A stretch of DNA of 63,550 bases, filler included, from Chiloscyllium plagiosum (GCF_004010195.1; 3 parts of one record of this genome joined end to end with filler, not necessarily neighbours in it), one strand, 5' to 3'. Positions 23,630 to 37,062 are shown, numbered from the whole stretch's first letter. Numbers and translations are program-made. Notes: a model not told the origin generated them from the sequence alone.

Positions 23630-24455
23630 ACAAACCTTTTTTTGAATATTACAACAAATACAAAACCAAACAATTCTAACCAATGTTAAAAAACAAACCC
23701 ACTAATTACATTGATAAATAGATGGCTCAGTGGTTAGCATTGCTACCTCACAGCACCAAGGTGCCAGGTTAAATTCCAGCCTCAGGTTACTGTCTGTGTG
23801 GAGTTTATATATTCTTCCTGTGTCTGCGTGGGTTTCCTCCCACAGTCCAAAGATGTGCAGGTGAAATGAATTGGCCATGCTAGATTGCCCATAGTGTTAG
23901 GTACATTAGTCAGAGGGAAATGGGTCTGGGTGGGTTACTCGTCAGAGGGTTGGTGTGGACTGGTTGGGCCAAAGGGCCTGTTTCCACACTGTAGGGAATC
24001 TAATTTAATCATAAATAATAATTAGTAACTAAACTAAAAAAGGAAAGTCTTATCAGTAATAACAGTAACACAGCTCAGCAAAACAAGCAATAGCCCCTGA
24101 TCATTGAGCGCCTAAGTTTATACATATTCATATGTTCGTAGTTCCTCCCTTCTGGATACCAGATTCATTATATAGAATTGCCATGGCTAAAGGCTCTTAT
24201 TAGTATGGCAGAGAAATCTGTACCCAGGTAGTCCAAAAAGGGGCTGCCACGCCTTATAAAAATTCTCAATTTTATGGTGCACCATACTCGCATTCACTTC
24301 CGTTAGGTGCACGCAGATAAAAGGCTCTTCACTTTTTGTGCAAGAAAGAACATTCTATTAATGTTGGTGTCAGAAAAATTCACTGGGGTAGAGGGCTGCT
24401 GTCAGCTAGTCATGGAGCACATTCCCTTGGACTTTCTTACAATGATGGTGCACCC
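23630..24455 (-). mobile_element. L1-clade 3' fragment with inverted 5' part
   Basis: Minus: MVHHKIENFYKAWQP..YLGTD followed by T-rich UTR; plus 24338-24455: CARKNILL..VMEHIPLDFLTMMVH. Confidence 0.65.
23722..24010 (+). mobile_element. HE1-type SINE inserted in the L1 3' UTR
   Basis: tggctcagtggttagcattgct...gggcctgtttccacactgtagggaatctaat. Confidence 0.9.
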
Positions 24456-24479
24456 ACAGTTTAATTGAAAGTGAAATCC

Positions 24480-24830
24480 GAATTAACCTATTCCATTCTG
24501 TTTACTGCCTTAAAATCTTCATCTTATTTCACCTCAGTTGCCTCCTTTCTTAAGCTGAAGGAACCGAGCCTCTCTCGCACTTCTTTCATAATTCAGTTTT
24601 CTGTCACTTGGAATCAACCTTGTTGTTCTTCTTTGCAATCCCTCCAGCATTTGAATATCTCCCTTGTTACCCCAGCAACCAGAGAAGAACGTAATGCTCA
24701 AAATGTGGCCTGAACAAAGCACTGTAACATTTGATCATGACTTCCCCTAGCTTCAGTTTTATTGTTGGGTATCTATAATTCAACATTGTATTTACTTTGT
24801 TGACTGCTGCTCTGCATTGACTATAGCAAT
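24480..24830 (-). mobile_element. Old CR1 RT fragment
   Basis: YSALFRPHFEHYV; DIQMLEGLQRRTTRLIP. Confidence 0.75.
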
Positions 24831-26489
24831 ACCATGAATGAAACATGCTGGCGGTCATTTTATTTTAGCTATCTGTGGGGAAGACATATCACAGACTAAT
24901 GCAGGGCACGGGTAATGGTGCAATGCCAAGATGATGTCTAAAAATATGCAAATTAGTTAATTATAGTATTGATAATCCTCAATGACTCAACACGTTAAGT
25001 ACTCTATAAAATATGGATAAAATATTCACTGTGGCAAAAAGAATTCTTATGAAGGATATGAATCAGCTCCAATGTTGTCTGCAAACAGTTACATTTTCAG
25101 CTCTACTCACTGATTTCTTTTAATCCACAGAATAATGACAATGACAGTGACTCAGGGCAGAGTCTTATCAGACCCACTGCAATGAATTCAGAGGCAGGAC
25201 AAAGAGGGAAGTAGGAAAGGTCACTTTCTATTTACCAGCCTGACATATTCCTGCATCTGGTCTACCTTATCTGAGATGAGTTTTCATTGGAAGGGGCTAC
25301 AAAAGGCTTATACCTGAAATGCGACTCTCCTGCTCCTCGGATGCTGCCTGACCAGCTGTGCTTTTCCAGTAACACACTCTTGATGTGATCTCCAGCATCT
25401 GCAGACCCCACTCTCTCCTGGTTTTGGCAGATAACCAATTAACGGGCATTAACTGGCAATTTGGGGCCAGGCTAGAGATTCGATCTGATCTTAGCAGTGG
25501 CGAAAGGCCCTAGGCTGTGCTTGGCTGTTCCCCTGGAGACAGGTTTCCATCTACTGCCTTACTTCCTTTAGCCCCTTACACCAGCTCCAGAGCAGCTTCA
25601 GCTTTAATCCATTACATTGAGTGATCCCCCTTCCAAATTATTGGCCTGAAATCTGGCACATTGCATCAATTTAATATTTCCACACGCCTTCTCTCAGTAC
25701 ATGCAACTTCATGCAGCAAACTGTTCTCCTGCCTGCACCAACCACTGTGTCAACCCCTGTCCCGACTTTGGCAAGGTATGTGAGTTTACTGAACAAATCA
25801 CTCACTTATTGTTGGCCGGGCTTGGAACCAGGTCTAAAGGTTGATGTTAGGGTGGGAAAGAAGGGGACTAGAAGGAAGAGGGGAGAAGGGGCAACAAGGA
25901 GGGAGGGAGGGAGAAAGAGGCGAGGGAGATGGGGCGATGGGGAGGGAGGGAGGAAGATGGGGGCCACAGGGACGGAGAGTGGGAGAAGGGAGCAGCAAAG
26001 AGTGAGGGATGATGAAGGAGGCTGTAAGGACAGAGGGAGGGAGATGGGGCCTGCTTAGAATAGGGGGAAGGAAGGAGGATGGAGGAGATAATGAGGGAAC
26101 AATGGTGAGGGACGAGAGGAGCTTGCAAGGCATTAACTGGCCAGTAATGGAGGATGCTGTGGGGTGTATGATGAGAGGATGAGAGGATGTTATGGAGTTG
26201 AGGAAAGCGAAGCCTACAAGGGTTCAGGAGGGGAGGTGGCTACAAGGGTAAGGGAGGTGGCTGCAAGAGGGACAAGAATGTGGTGGTAAGGTTGTGGAAG
26301 ATGTAAGCTGCTGCACTGTAGGAGTGGAAAGGCAGCTGCAGGAAAAGGAGAGTACAAAGGTAAGAGAACAGTTTTACAACCATCACCAACTGAAATCTCA
26401 ACTCAAAGGGGGTTGGGAAAACTTGAAATTACTGAGAAAATCCTGGCAAGTGACTGTGCATTATCTAACTTAACGCTGTACATATTCAG

Positions 26490-27260
26490 GATCTACAAAA
26501 TATATCTTCCCCTGCCACTGCAACAGGTATAAAACCTGCGCCCACATCTCCCTCCTCACTTCCGTCCAAGGCCCCAATGGATCCTTCCACATCTGACAGA
26601 GATTTACCTGTATTTCCACACGTGTCATCTACTGTGTCCATTGCTCTTGATGTGGTCTCCTCGACATTAGGGAGACAGGACACCAACCTGCGGAATATTT
26701 CAGAGAACATCCCTGGGACACATTCACCAAACAACCCCACCACCTCGTGGTCGAACTCTTTAACTCCCCCTACCACTTTGTCAAGAACATGCAAGTCCTG
26801 GGCCTCCTCCACCATCAAACTCTAGCCACCCGATACCTGGAGGAATCTTCCGTTTTGGGACCCTGCAACTCCATGGCATCAATGTGGATTTCGTCGGTTT
26901 CTTCATTTCCCCTCCCCCCACCTTATCCGAGATCCAACCCTCCAACTTGACACTACTGTCTTGACCTGCCCTATCTGTCCATCTTCCTTCCCACCATCCA
27001 CTCCACCCTCCTCTCCGATCAATCACCTTCACCCCCATCTTCGTCTACCTATTGTATTCTCAGCTACCTTCCCTCCCTCCTCTCTCCCCCCCAGCACCAT
27101 CCCACTCCCATTTCTCTCTCAGCACCCCAGTTCCTGATGAAAAGCTTATGCCTGAAACATCGATTCTCCTGCCCGTTGGATGCTTCCTGACCTGCTGTGC
27201 TTTTCCAGCACCACACTCTTCGACTCTGATCTCCAGCACCTTCAGTCTTCACATTCTCCC
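26490..27260 (+). mobile_element. PLE (family A): GIY-YIG region and 3' repeat with decayed hammerhead
   Basis: Similar to 22365-22980; ttcCTGATGAaaagcttatgcctGAAAcatcga at 27131-27163. Confidence 0.85.
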
Positions 27261-27374
27261 AATATGTTCCTCATCCCTTTTTTCCTGCCTTCTCTCCATA
27301 GCCCTTCAACCCATTACCAATTAAAAGATCTGTCTAATTCCTCCTTAAATTTACTCACTGTCCACCGTATTTTG

Positions 27375-27558
27375 GACAGTGTATTATGAGGAGCATGGAT
27401 AGGATAAATAGGCAAAGTCTTTTCCCTGGAGTCGGGGATTCCAGAACTAGAGGGCATAGGTTTAGGGTAAGAGGGGAAAGATATAAAAGAGATCTAAGGG
27501 GCAACTTTTTCATGCAGAGGGTGGTACGTGTATGGAATGAGCTGCCAGAGGATGTGGT
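27375..27558 (+). mobile_element. CR1/HER1 fragment
   Basis: atggataggataaataggcaaagtc...ggaatgagctgccagagga. Confidence 0.85.
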
Positions 27559-28340
27559 ATTTTGAGGTAGCGAATTCTGCATATTCACAATCCATTGGGA
27601 GAAGGTATATCTTAGTTCCCAGAGGGAACTGCTGATATAAACCCCAGCAGCTGCTTTTGCTGGTGTGTGATTTTGGTGAGGTGGATATCTGAAATCTGAA
27701 CTGTACAGCATAGGCCCAGAAGGGGCAGTCTGACATTTGTGGATTTATTTGAATATTCAGTGCCCCCTTTTGGGGAGGCAGTTTATACACCTTTGAACAT
27801 TGATCTGGGATTCCTTTGGGACAACATTTGGTACGCATTTTGAGGAGGCTGGAAGCCCTTTTTGGTTGTTAAAAGTAGACATGATCGAACGTAAACTGTG
27901 CATAAAATCCCTGGAACTGGCTCTGCTGGGCTTCAGACGTTAAGATAAAATAGAGGATGATGACAAATAATTGTTTGCAAATTAGGAACGACATTAGCTG
28001 TCCATCAGTCTGATTGCAGTACACTTCCCTCTATGGAACTTTAGTTTCTATAACTGATGTAATGCTTCTCTCCTTTCGAGTTTCCTGAGCATCACTTGAA
28101 CATGGATGTTGCTTGTTTGTCATTTATTTTCTCTCTTTCTGTTCCAGATTTAAAAAGAAAAATAACTAATACTCTTTTTCACTGTCCATTTTTGACATTT
28201 TTAGTTCAAAACTGAGGCCAGGTTGTTCTTTCATATTTATGACACAAATTCGAAATTATTTTGCCTAGCCTTTATTGACCCTGTCCCTAATTTAGTTTTC
28301 CTTTTGTTATTTATGTGCTGTAGAACACTTTCCATCTTCC

Positions 28341-28554
28341 AGTCATACAGTCATAGAGATGTACAGCATGGAAACAGATCCTTCGGTCCAACCCGTCCAT
28401 GTCGACCAGATATCCCAACCCAATCTAGTCCCACCTGCCAGCACCCGGCCCATATCCCTCCAAACCCTTCCTATTCATATACCCATCCAAATGCCTCTTA
28501 AATGTTGCAATTGTACCAGCCTCCACCACATCCTCTGGCAGCTCATTCCATACA
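28341..28554 (-). mobile_element. CR1/HER1 3' end (runs into gap)
   Basis: agtcatagagatgtacagcatggaaacag tail. Confidence 0.9.
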
Positions 28555-28654
28555 NNNNNNNNNNNNNNNNNNNNNNNNNNNNNNNNNNNNNNNNNNNNTT
28601 AATTAATTAANNNNNNNNNNNNNNNNNNNNNNNNNNNNNNNNNNNNNNNNNNNN
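28555..28654. other. Scaffolding gap (44 N + TTAATTAATTAA + 44 N)
   Basis: Exactly 100 bp with a six-frame stop linker; identical layout at 60229-60328. Confidence 0.95.
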
Positions 28655-29070
28655 GAGGATTTGAGCTATAGGGAGAGGCTGAACAGGCTGGGGCTGTTTT
28701 CCCTGGAGTGTCGGAGGCTGAGGGGTGACATTATAGAGGTTTACAAAATTATGAGGGTCATGGATAGGATAAATAGACAAAGTATTTTCCCTAGTCCAGA
28801 ACTAGAGGGCCTAGGTTTAGAATGAGAGGGGAAAAATGTAAAAGAGACCTAAGGGGCAATGTTTCACACAGAGGGTGTGGAATGAGCTGCCAGAGGATGT
28901 GGTGGAGGCTGGTACAATTGCAACATTTAAGAGGCATTTGGATGGGTATATGAATAGGAAAGGTTTGGAGGGATATGGGCTGGGTGCTGGAAGGTGGGAC
29001 TAGATTGGGTTGGGATTTCTGATCGGCATGGACGGGTCTGTTTCCATGCTGTACATCTCTATGACTCTAT
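28655..29070 (+). mobile_element. CR1/HER1 3' end
   Basis: EDLSYRERLNRLGLFSLE...catctctatgactcta tail. Confidence 0.9.
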
Positions 29071-31429
29071 AACTGGTGAGAGGAAATAAAATGGCTTTAT
29101 TTAGTATTTTACTGAAGGTAAGGTCACACTCAGTCCCTTGTAGCAGTCTGAAGGCTTCTGCAAGTATTATACATGCCCACAAGCTGTTTGGCTACCCAAC
29201 AGCCAATGTGTTAGTTGTTGTCAGCCCTTTGGTTTGTGGAATCTGTAGATGCCAATCAGCAATCTGTTACCAGCTGAATCTCACCTTGTGCGCTGGTGAC
29301 AGCCTGTCTACAAACAGCCTCCCTCGCTGCTTGAACAAAGTTGCACAGTAAACATGGCTTGTAATGTATTTTGTTATCTTGCTTCTTAAGGTTGCAACTA
29401 TTCCTTCCACAATCCTTGGTTTTAAAACTCTCCATTTCCCATTTCAATCCACAATCAAAAACACACCAAAATAAAAATGTACGATTTTACATTTACCTCA
29501 CCCAAATCTTGAGCTCTCATGTCGTCAGAACAAAGAGGCAGATAGCCCCCTAAATCTAACAAAACAGAAGAATCCCCATCACCACCCTCCTCTCGTCCTT
29601 ATAGACCTCTATTAAATTTTTGTTACCTCTACAGGAATAGAATACTTGCCTTCATTTATTAAAAACCTGCATCATCCCGTGGATCTCCTTCCAATTGCAT
29701 TGTCTCTCATTCCAGCCTTGGTTACCTCAGACTGCATTGAGGTAGCCTTGCTTACTGCATTGGTGCTCCACCAACTTGAGCCTGCTCTTTGAATCACCCA
29801 TTCTGAATGACACTCCCCCCCCCCCCCCTACGACTTCTCTCCCTGCCTATCTCTCCCTGCCTATCAATACCTCCTGAAACTTGCTTTTACAGTTTTTTAC
29901 AATTACTTCCCAAACTTTCTACATCTGACTTTGTGCAGAACATGTAACACTGTTCTCTATGTTGGATACTGGAACAGTGTTACATGTTATGTTATGTTAT
30001 GTTATGATAGATGGTGAGTCTTTGTAAAGCTAAAAGCAATAATCTCACATGTGATGAAATGGGTCCCAGTTGGGTACAGAAATGAAACCTGAGAAGATTG
30101 GGGCTTCGAATCCAGCTGATCAAGGGAAGAATACAGTATTGGTGCATGATATGACCCTTGGCTGGAATGATGGTGTTAACAGATTGAAATATGATCACCC
30201 TGTTGTCTGACATTTGTCTTACCGAAATAAGGAAGCAATAAAATTACTTGTCCCACATTGTATTAAGAAAACTTTATCACATGTTCTAACAATTTTATTT
30301 CAGATGTTGACAAAGTGAATTTTATTCTTTCTAGAGCAATGCATTAGATCAGCCCAAACAAAGTTTGGTGACTCAACTGAACGGGTGCACAGTAGGTAGC
30401 GAGCACAAAGGCCAAGTCAGTCTTAGCTACTCAAGAGTTGTACATTTTTCTCTTGTGCTTTGAAAAATTAAAGGAAGTGGAAAATATTTGAACCAATTAA
30501 AAGAAAAATGTGCTATTGTCTCAATAGTCTTGCTCCAGGATTTTCCACTTGGCAATCCATAACGTTTAACTTGAGTTAAAGCTGCAAGTGATTAAACAAA
30601 TGACTTAAACAGGAGTTCCCAAATATTGCTGGACCATATTATGACCAGCAAAGGAATGACCACTGAACTTTCTAAATATAGCAGCATTTGACTGATTCCA
30701 GTTTAAATTGCCAATTGCAAAGAGATTTGGATGAGACAATGTTTTTTTTTAAAAAAAGATGGATTTGACAAGATGTAAATTGAAAATCTAAACCTTTTCT
30801 TGATATGATGCTCAGCATAATGATGTAAATATGAATATGTGTGAAAGCGAAATTTGGCTTTAGGGTAGAGACTGGAGTAAAAAAAAATTGTTCACCTGAT
30901 ATTTAAACTTACCTGATGTTAGGTGAACAATTTTCTTTTAAATCCCTCCATTGATTCAGTTTGATGATATGACATCCTAACTGATGCCTTAAGATCTACT
31001 TAACTGTAGCACTATGTGTGGTTAGTGCACTGTTGCTTTATCCCTGTTGATCAGTAGGACATGTACTATGTGGATACTTGAAAGTGGGATCACCTGAAAA
31101 ATTGAAAATCACCTGCAAAAACAACAAATGTCCCTTTGCTTGACAAGCTACCAACAGAATTTTAAAGTCCAAACCTAGCTTGTTCATCCTGGAAGCTAAT
31201 TTCAATTTGTTTCTCTTTGGCATTTTGGGCTTTAAATGCATTGCTCAGTCATTCTCTCTCGGATGCTCCTCCTATTCAGTGTCCTTCGTAAATGTGTTAT
31301 CAGCCACATTTGGAAGGGTTACACTTATCTCTCATCTATCCTTGTATAACTCAGGGACCTTAAAAGAAGGCAAGAAGATTCTTGGCAGCTCAAGTTATCT
31401 GGTGCAGGCCTTCAGAAATTGACATTGAT

Positions 31430-31800
31430 GGCAAAAGATGGTTTGCACACTCCATCAATGTTCAAACTATTTCTGTTAACAAACACTGCAGGCTGGTGAT
31501 TGGGTCCTCTGAAAGCAAGCTGTGTGCAGTTGGGTGCTGTCCAGCAATGGTGGAGAATCTCAGTGGTTGACTCTCCTTCTCATAGGGAAGATAGGAAGAG
31601 CTGTGAGGTGGACCAAATGGGATCAGTGACATCCCAGATGCATTTACAGGTTGATGGTTGGGAGATATCTCACAGGTCCCCAGTTGCAAAGAGCCACTGG
31701 CAAGAATGCTCAGGGCAGCTGTGACCTTCATGACCTCCACTTTTTGTGATGGCCACTCAGTCCTTCTGAGCACAAGTCTTCCTCCGGCAGTCGACATAGT
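31430..31800 (-). mobile_element. PIF/Harbinger transposase remnant
   Basis: MKVTAALSILASGSLQ, FSTIAG, NCTQLAFRGP..PAVFVNR; HSINVQ motif present in inverted orientation. Confidence 0.7.
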
Positions 31801-33162
31801 TTGGAGATGGTGGGATGTCCTTAATCAATGCCTGCATTGTTTCAAGCAGTTGAAGTAAAGAACAGCAAGGCCTGCAAACATGGGCTCTCCTCCATCTACT
31901 CTGACTTCCTTACCTGCTGCTTTTCCCTGTGGAGGCTATGTAGCAGCGACTGGGGGAGGGGTCCACGTTGGGCTTGCTGAGAATATTGGAATCATTATCA
32001 CTTTGTACATTATTTTCTGTTTAACATCAAGCCCTCTTTGACTTCAGTGAAGGCATTATCCATGTGACATCCTTGGCAGAAAACCTGTTTGAAATGTCTG
32101 AAGGATGCTGCAGTTTTATTGATGGAGGTCCTGACCAGCCCCTTCAATCACAATGTACCTTCATGTTATGCCCTCATAGAGTGTGCCATGGGGCTTTTTA
32201 AAGAAGGTCACTGTCTTGTCTCCATATGAAGTTCTGAGTCTGTCACCGCATCCAATTGTACTTTACGCAACCAAAGTTTATATCTTACGTTGGGAGCAGA
32301 ATTCTGCTTGTAAGCTACCATAGTCCCATTCCACGTGACCTGTCCAACCCTCAGACAATGCACCATCATGGTAGCTCCCCAAAGAAAAGCCACCCTCCCC
32401 TCCCCCCAACCCAACCTCACAATGTCCTTGCATATTAATAGCTCAGTGGCATGACTCTAACAACTGCAATGTGGTTGTGAAATGGGACTTCAGATTTAGT
32501 GTTTAGTTGCCTTGTTCTCACTGCATTCTTGTCATTTTGTGTAAGCGAGGGTAATGAGTTTACACGTCGTAATGCTTTGATTTGCTTCTTAGCATAATTT
32601 TTAATCTGCATTCTGGGACAATAAAAGGCCTGTTGCTAAAGCGCAAATTGAACCAAATGGGTGACATTACTGAGTCAGTGGGAGCACACTTACTGCACTT
32701 GTCCCAAATAGAGACTCAAAGACAAAATCAGCAACGTCCTCAACACAGTTTGCCTGCAGTTTCAATAGTTTTGTACAGTTATTGAGCAGTTGACAAATGG
32801 CAAGTTTTTGATTTCATTTCGAAGTGAGTAACTTACAGGCTGCGCCTGTGATGCAGAAGTTTGTCCCAGATTCTTCATGTTCCTTTGTGTTGCGGTCCCT
32901 GCAGCCCTCTATGACTTTCATTTGAGTCCACTTTTCATGTCCCACTTTACTCCAATCAATCTGGTCTCTACATAAGGAAAACGTAGGATCAAGAGTGTGA
33001 AGATTTCCAGAGTTACCTTGATCTTTTCAAACCATCCCTGCCTCCACTCCCAGTCACCACCCATTCACTCTGAGGTCTCACCCCTGTTGACCACAGCTGC
33101 CCCCTTTCATTCTTACCATTGTCCCTTAGCCCACACCCAGACTTGAGCTAACAAAGTCAGAA

Positions 33163-33459
33163 ATTAGATTAGATCACTTACAGTGTGGAAACAGGCCCTT
33201 CAGCCCAACAAGTCCACACCAATCCACCCAAACCCATTCCCCTACATTTACCCCTGCCCCTAACACTACGGCTAGTTTAGCATGGCCAATTCACCTAACC
33301 TGCACATTTTTGGACTGTTGGAGGAAACCGGAGCACCCGGAGGAAACCCACGCAGACACGGGGAGAATGTGCAAACTCCACATAGTCAGTCGCCTGAGGC
33401 GGGAATTGAACCCGGGTCTCTGGTGCTGTGAGGCAGCAGTGCTAACCACTGTGCCACCC
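33163..33459 (-). mobile_element. HE1-type SINE
   Basis: Reverse complement of ggcacagtggttagcactgctgcc...gggttcaattcc...tctaatctaat. Confidence 0.9.
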
Positions 33460-33464
33460 AAATT

Positions 33465-33545
33465 GCAAGAGAAATTCAGTTGATCTGGCAGCATCTGTGG
33501 TGAGAGAGAGTTTACATTTTGGGTCCAATGACCCTTCCTCAGAAC
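33465..33545 (-). mobile_element. PLE terminal fragment with decayed hammerhead (family D)
   Basis: Minus strand gttCTGAGGAagggtcattggacccAAAAtgtaaac. Confidence 0.6.
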
Positions 33546-34099
33546 TGCCACATCTCTTCCAAGTATGCCCAGACTTGAGTTTGCTCCAGGACTCTTAGAT
33601 TGGCCATTGTTGACCACTCCCCCATGACTGACTTTGGTCCACACCCTGGACTGACTTGGCAGGAAACCCCTGACAGTGCAATCCAGTCCTTCATCTGAAC
33701 AGCACCTTGACTGCTGCATCTGTAAGGTATCTGTTTGCACTTGACCTGCAGAACCGTATTGTGACTCCAAATCCTGGGCAGCAAGGAAGCCAATGCTCAT
33801 AATCCAGTAGGACCAGGGACCTGACTGTCCATGGCCAGCCCCCTTGACTAGCTATACTGCCTCTTTACCCCACTAAGGACTACTCCACTTTGACTTTCAC
33901 ATATTGCCATTTAATTGAGGCAAATGCAGTGTGTTTCCCACTTAACACACTGTTTCCGCACTTGCTGCACATTGACATGTCTAACCCTTGTACACAGCGA
34001 GAGGTTGTTCAGCAATTTTCTCCATCACAAGCAGTTTGCCTTTTGTTCTATACTGAAGCATAATACAAGCCATACAGGCTGACCACCTGGAAGGCAGTG

Positions 34100-35012
34100 C
34101 TGAAGTCAATGTGTGCAAATGACAGATGTTGTGGTTGTTGGAGGTTAGCCCTCTCAGCTCCAGGCCATCTCTGAAGTGTTCCTCAGGGTAGTGTCCTTGG
34201 CCCAATCATCTTCAGCTGCTTCATCATTGACCTTCCCTCCATCAAAGGGTCAGCAATAGGGATGTTCACTGATGATTACACAATGTTCAGCCCTATGCGT
34301 GGCTCCACCGGCACTGAAGCAGTATACATGTTCAAATGCAACAAGATCTGAGCAATACCCAGGCTTGGGTTGACAAGTGGCAAGTAACATTCTCACAGTG
34401 CAAATGCCAGGCTATGACCATCACGAATAAGAGACAATCTAACAACGAACCCCTGGCATTCAGCAGTGTTACCATCACTGAATCCCCCACTATTACTATC
34501 GTGGAGCTTATCATTGATCAGAAACTTAACTGGACTCACTACATAAATGTTGTAGCTACAATAGCAGGTCAGAGGCGAGAAATACTGCAGCAAGTAACTC
34601 ACCTGCCTCCCCAAAGTAACTTCCCAATCGCTAGGCACAGGTTGGGAGTGTAATGGAATACTTCCCACTTACCTGGATGCGTGCAGCTCCAACAATACTT
34701 AAGAAGCTTGACACTATCTTGGACAAAGCAGCCTGCTTGAGTGACACTATATCTAATAAGCATCCACTCCCTCCACCACTAATGCCCAGTAGCAGCAGTG
34801 TGTACCATCTACAAGATGCACTGCAGGAATTCACCAAAGACCGTTAGACAGCACCTTCCAAACCCACAATTGTTTCAATCTAGAAGGACAATGTAGGTCA
34901 CCCTACAGTAGGTGGACTGCAGAGGTTCAAGAAGGCAGCACACCCCCACCTTCTTAAGGGCAACTAGGGATGGGGAAAAACTGCTGGCCCTCATCCCACG
35001 AATAAATAAAAA
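34100..35012 (+). mobile_element. CR1/L2-group LINE 3' RT region (different family from HER1)
   Basis: VPQGSVLGPIIFSCFIIDL..MFTDD..QQDLSNTQAWVDKWQVTF..LIIDQKLNW; tail gggcaactagggatggg...aataaataaaa. Confidence 0.85.
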
Positions 35013-36770
35013 AAAGCGATGTGAAACTGATGCGATTGGTAGCCTCCAAATAAGCGCTGAAGTGGAAGAACATTAAAAAGCAAGCTAAGATGCATGCGTC
35101 TGTGCAAATGTTGGTGCGTAGGATGTGTATCTGTCCCTGTGTGCATCGAAGCTTGGCCGAGGCATGTGGCATATGAGAGTCCTTGGGCTCCAAAGTCAAG
35201 TGTTGAAGGGTTAACATGGGTATCTTGAGTTGTCTGTGATCCTGCATGATGGTTTGGTGACAGTAGTAGGGGGGAGATGTTGGGGAAGAGGCAGTTACGT
35301 GACAGTCAGGGCAAGCCCTAAGTGAGCTGCTGTCTCCAGGTGCCCGCCCTGATTCACATGCCAGGAATTTGGGCCATCCGATTTCACAGTGGAGGGGAAG
35401 AGATTTCAAAGTGGGATGGAAATAAAGTAAGCTGGGGGGTGTTTGATGAATTGACAATGTATCGAAGTAAAGGAATTGCTGTACCATGATGAGTTTCAGA
35501 TGTTACCACTTAAGGAAATAGAATCAGGAAGATATTTCTTGATACTGAGACTGATGTTTTTTTCTCTCTGATTTGTATTTCCTCATCTCTTTCACCATTA
35601 ATGCTGTCACAGGAGGGTGGGGGTTTAACTTAGGCCCCATGAATCCTTTGCTGCAGTTTCCCCTTTTTTGCAACACCTAAACAATCCTCCAATTTTCATT
35701 GCAGAAACCAGGAGGAGGCCGTTCGGCCCTTTGAGCCTGTTCTGCCACATTCAATATGATCATGGGTGATCCTCTACCTCAATGGCATATTGTTCAACGC
35801 ATCTATAAGTTGGCTCATTTGGATCATGAATATGCCCACTGTCACTAATGAAGAAATTTGGGTGCATTGATAAGCTGAAAAAGCCCCTGTCAAACTTACT
35901 GCTGAAACCTCTAAGTCCTCAACAAGTTTTCCACAGACAGAACAATCAAAATCCAGGCCAAAGTATGCAAAGTAAAAGGTTTAAATGTTTGTACAATATT
36001 GCACCATACCTAATTCCAGAACTTGCATTGTTTCAAACTATATTCATTTTGATCGTTGCTTCAATGTAATTATGCGCATTAATTCACTAATGTCCCTGTG
36101 TTAGAGCGGTAAGACATGAGTAGGTCACTGGTACAGTTGCTCTGGTTTGTTTGTGAGAAAATGCCAAGTGACCTGTATTTGTGATAACAAAAAAAATTTG
36201 CAGGATTCAAACAATCCTAACCTGCTGCTCAGAGCTGATCTTCTACAATGTCAACTTGACAGGAGGTTTAATATCTTCCGTGAAGCGTGATAGGTTTCAG
36301 AAAGCAACAGCTCACAGCTAAACAGAGAGAAAGCTTACCAATGGGTAAAGTGTTTTTTCGAAGTAAACATACTACTTATCTAATAATAGAAGGAAAGAGA
36401 GCCAGTTATTTTCTGCTGATGCCAATAAGCCAGCATTTCGAAAAGGAGGCAAGTAAGGGTCTTGCAAACAGCTGGCTTTTAAACTTCATTAAACTAATGC
36501 AAATAGTTGAAAGCTGGAGTCAACAGAAAGTGCTAGAAGGTTTCCTTTCAAATGTCTACAATTCTAGTTGTGACTAAATTTGATATTCTGCAGTAGATTC
36601 ATTGGCATAGTCCCAGTGAGCAGGATAATGGAGGAAAAGACATTGGAGGCGCAAGAGAGTATGTCAGAGGAAAAATTATACAGCATGGTTACAGTCACAC
36701 AGGATGTCACCTTTGACCTTGGTTAAGGCTATTTTAGTCATCTGCTGAACAAAATTCTAATTCAAGGGTG

Positions 36771-37062
36771 GGGGGACATGGTGGCTCAGTGGTTAGCACT
36801 GCTGCCTTGCAGCACCAGGGACCTGGGTTCAATTCCAGCCTCAGGCGACTGCGTGAGTTTGAACATTCTACCTGTGTCTGCGTGGGTTTCCTCCTACCGT
36901 CCAAAGATGTGCAGGTTAGGTGAATTGGCCATGCTAAATTGTCTATAGTATTAGATGCATGAGTCAGAGTGAAATGGGTCTGGGTGGGTTACTCTTTGGC
37001 GGGTAGACATAGACTAGTTGGGCCAAATGGCCTGTTTCCACACTGTACGGAATCCAATCTAA
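36771..37062 (+). mobile_element. HE1-type SINE
   Basis: ggtggctcagtggttagcactgctgcc...gggttcaattcc. Confidence 0.9.

Noticed and set aside
25711..26133. Arg/Gly-rich and Pro/Ser-rich ORFs; exon-like 25698-25775
   Set aside because: Low-complexity GA-rich tract; the short segment has no homology support
28599..28610. TTAATTAATTAA island inside N runs (also 60273-60284)
   Set aside because: Synthetic six-frame stop linker in a fixed 100-bp scaffolding gap
28341..29070. Inverted CR1 pair across the gap
   Set aside because: Orientation and distance depend on an unverified contig join
36287..36577. 96-aa ORF
   Set aside because: No motif recognised; adjacent to possibly very old LINE-derived sequence
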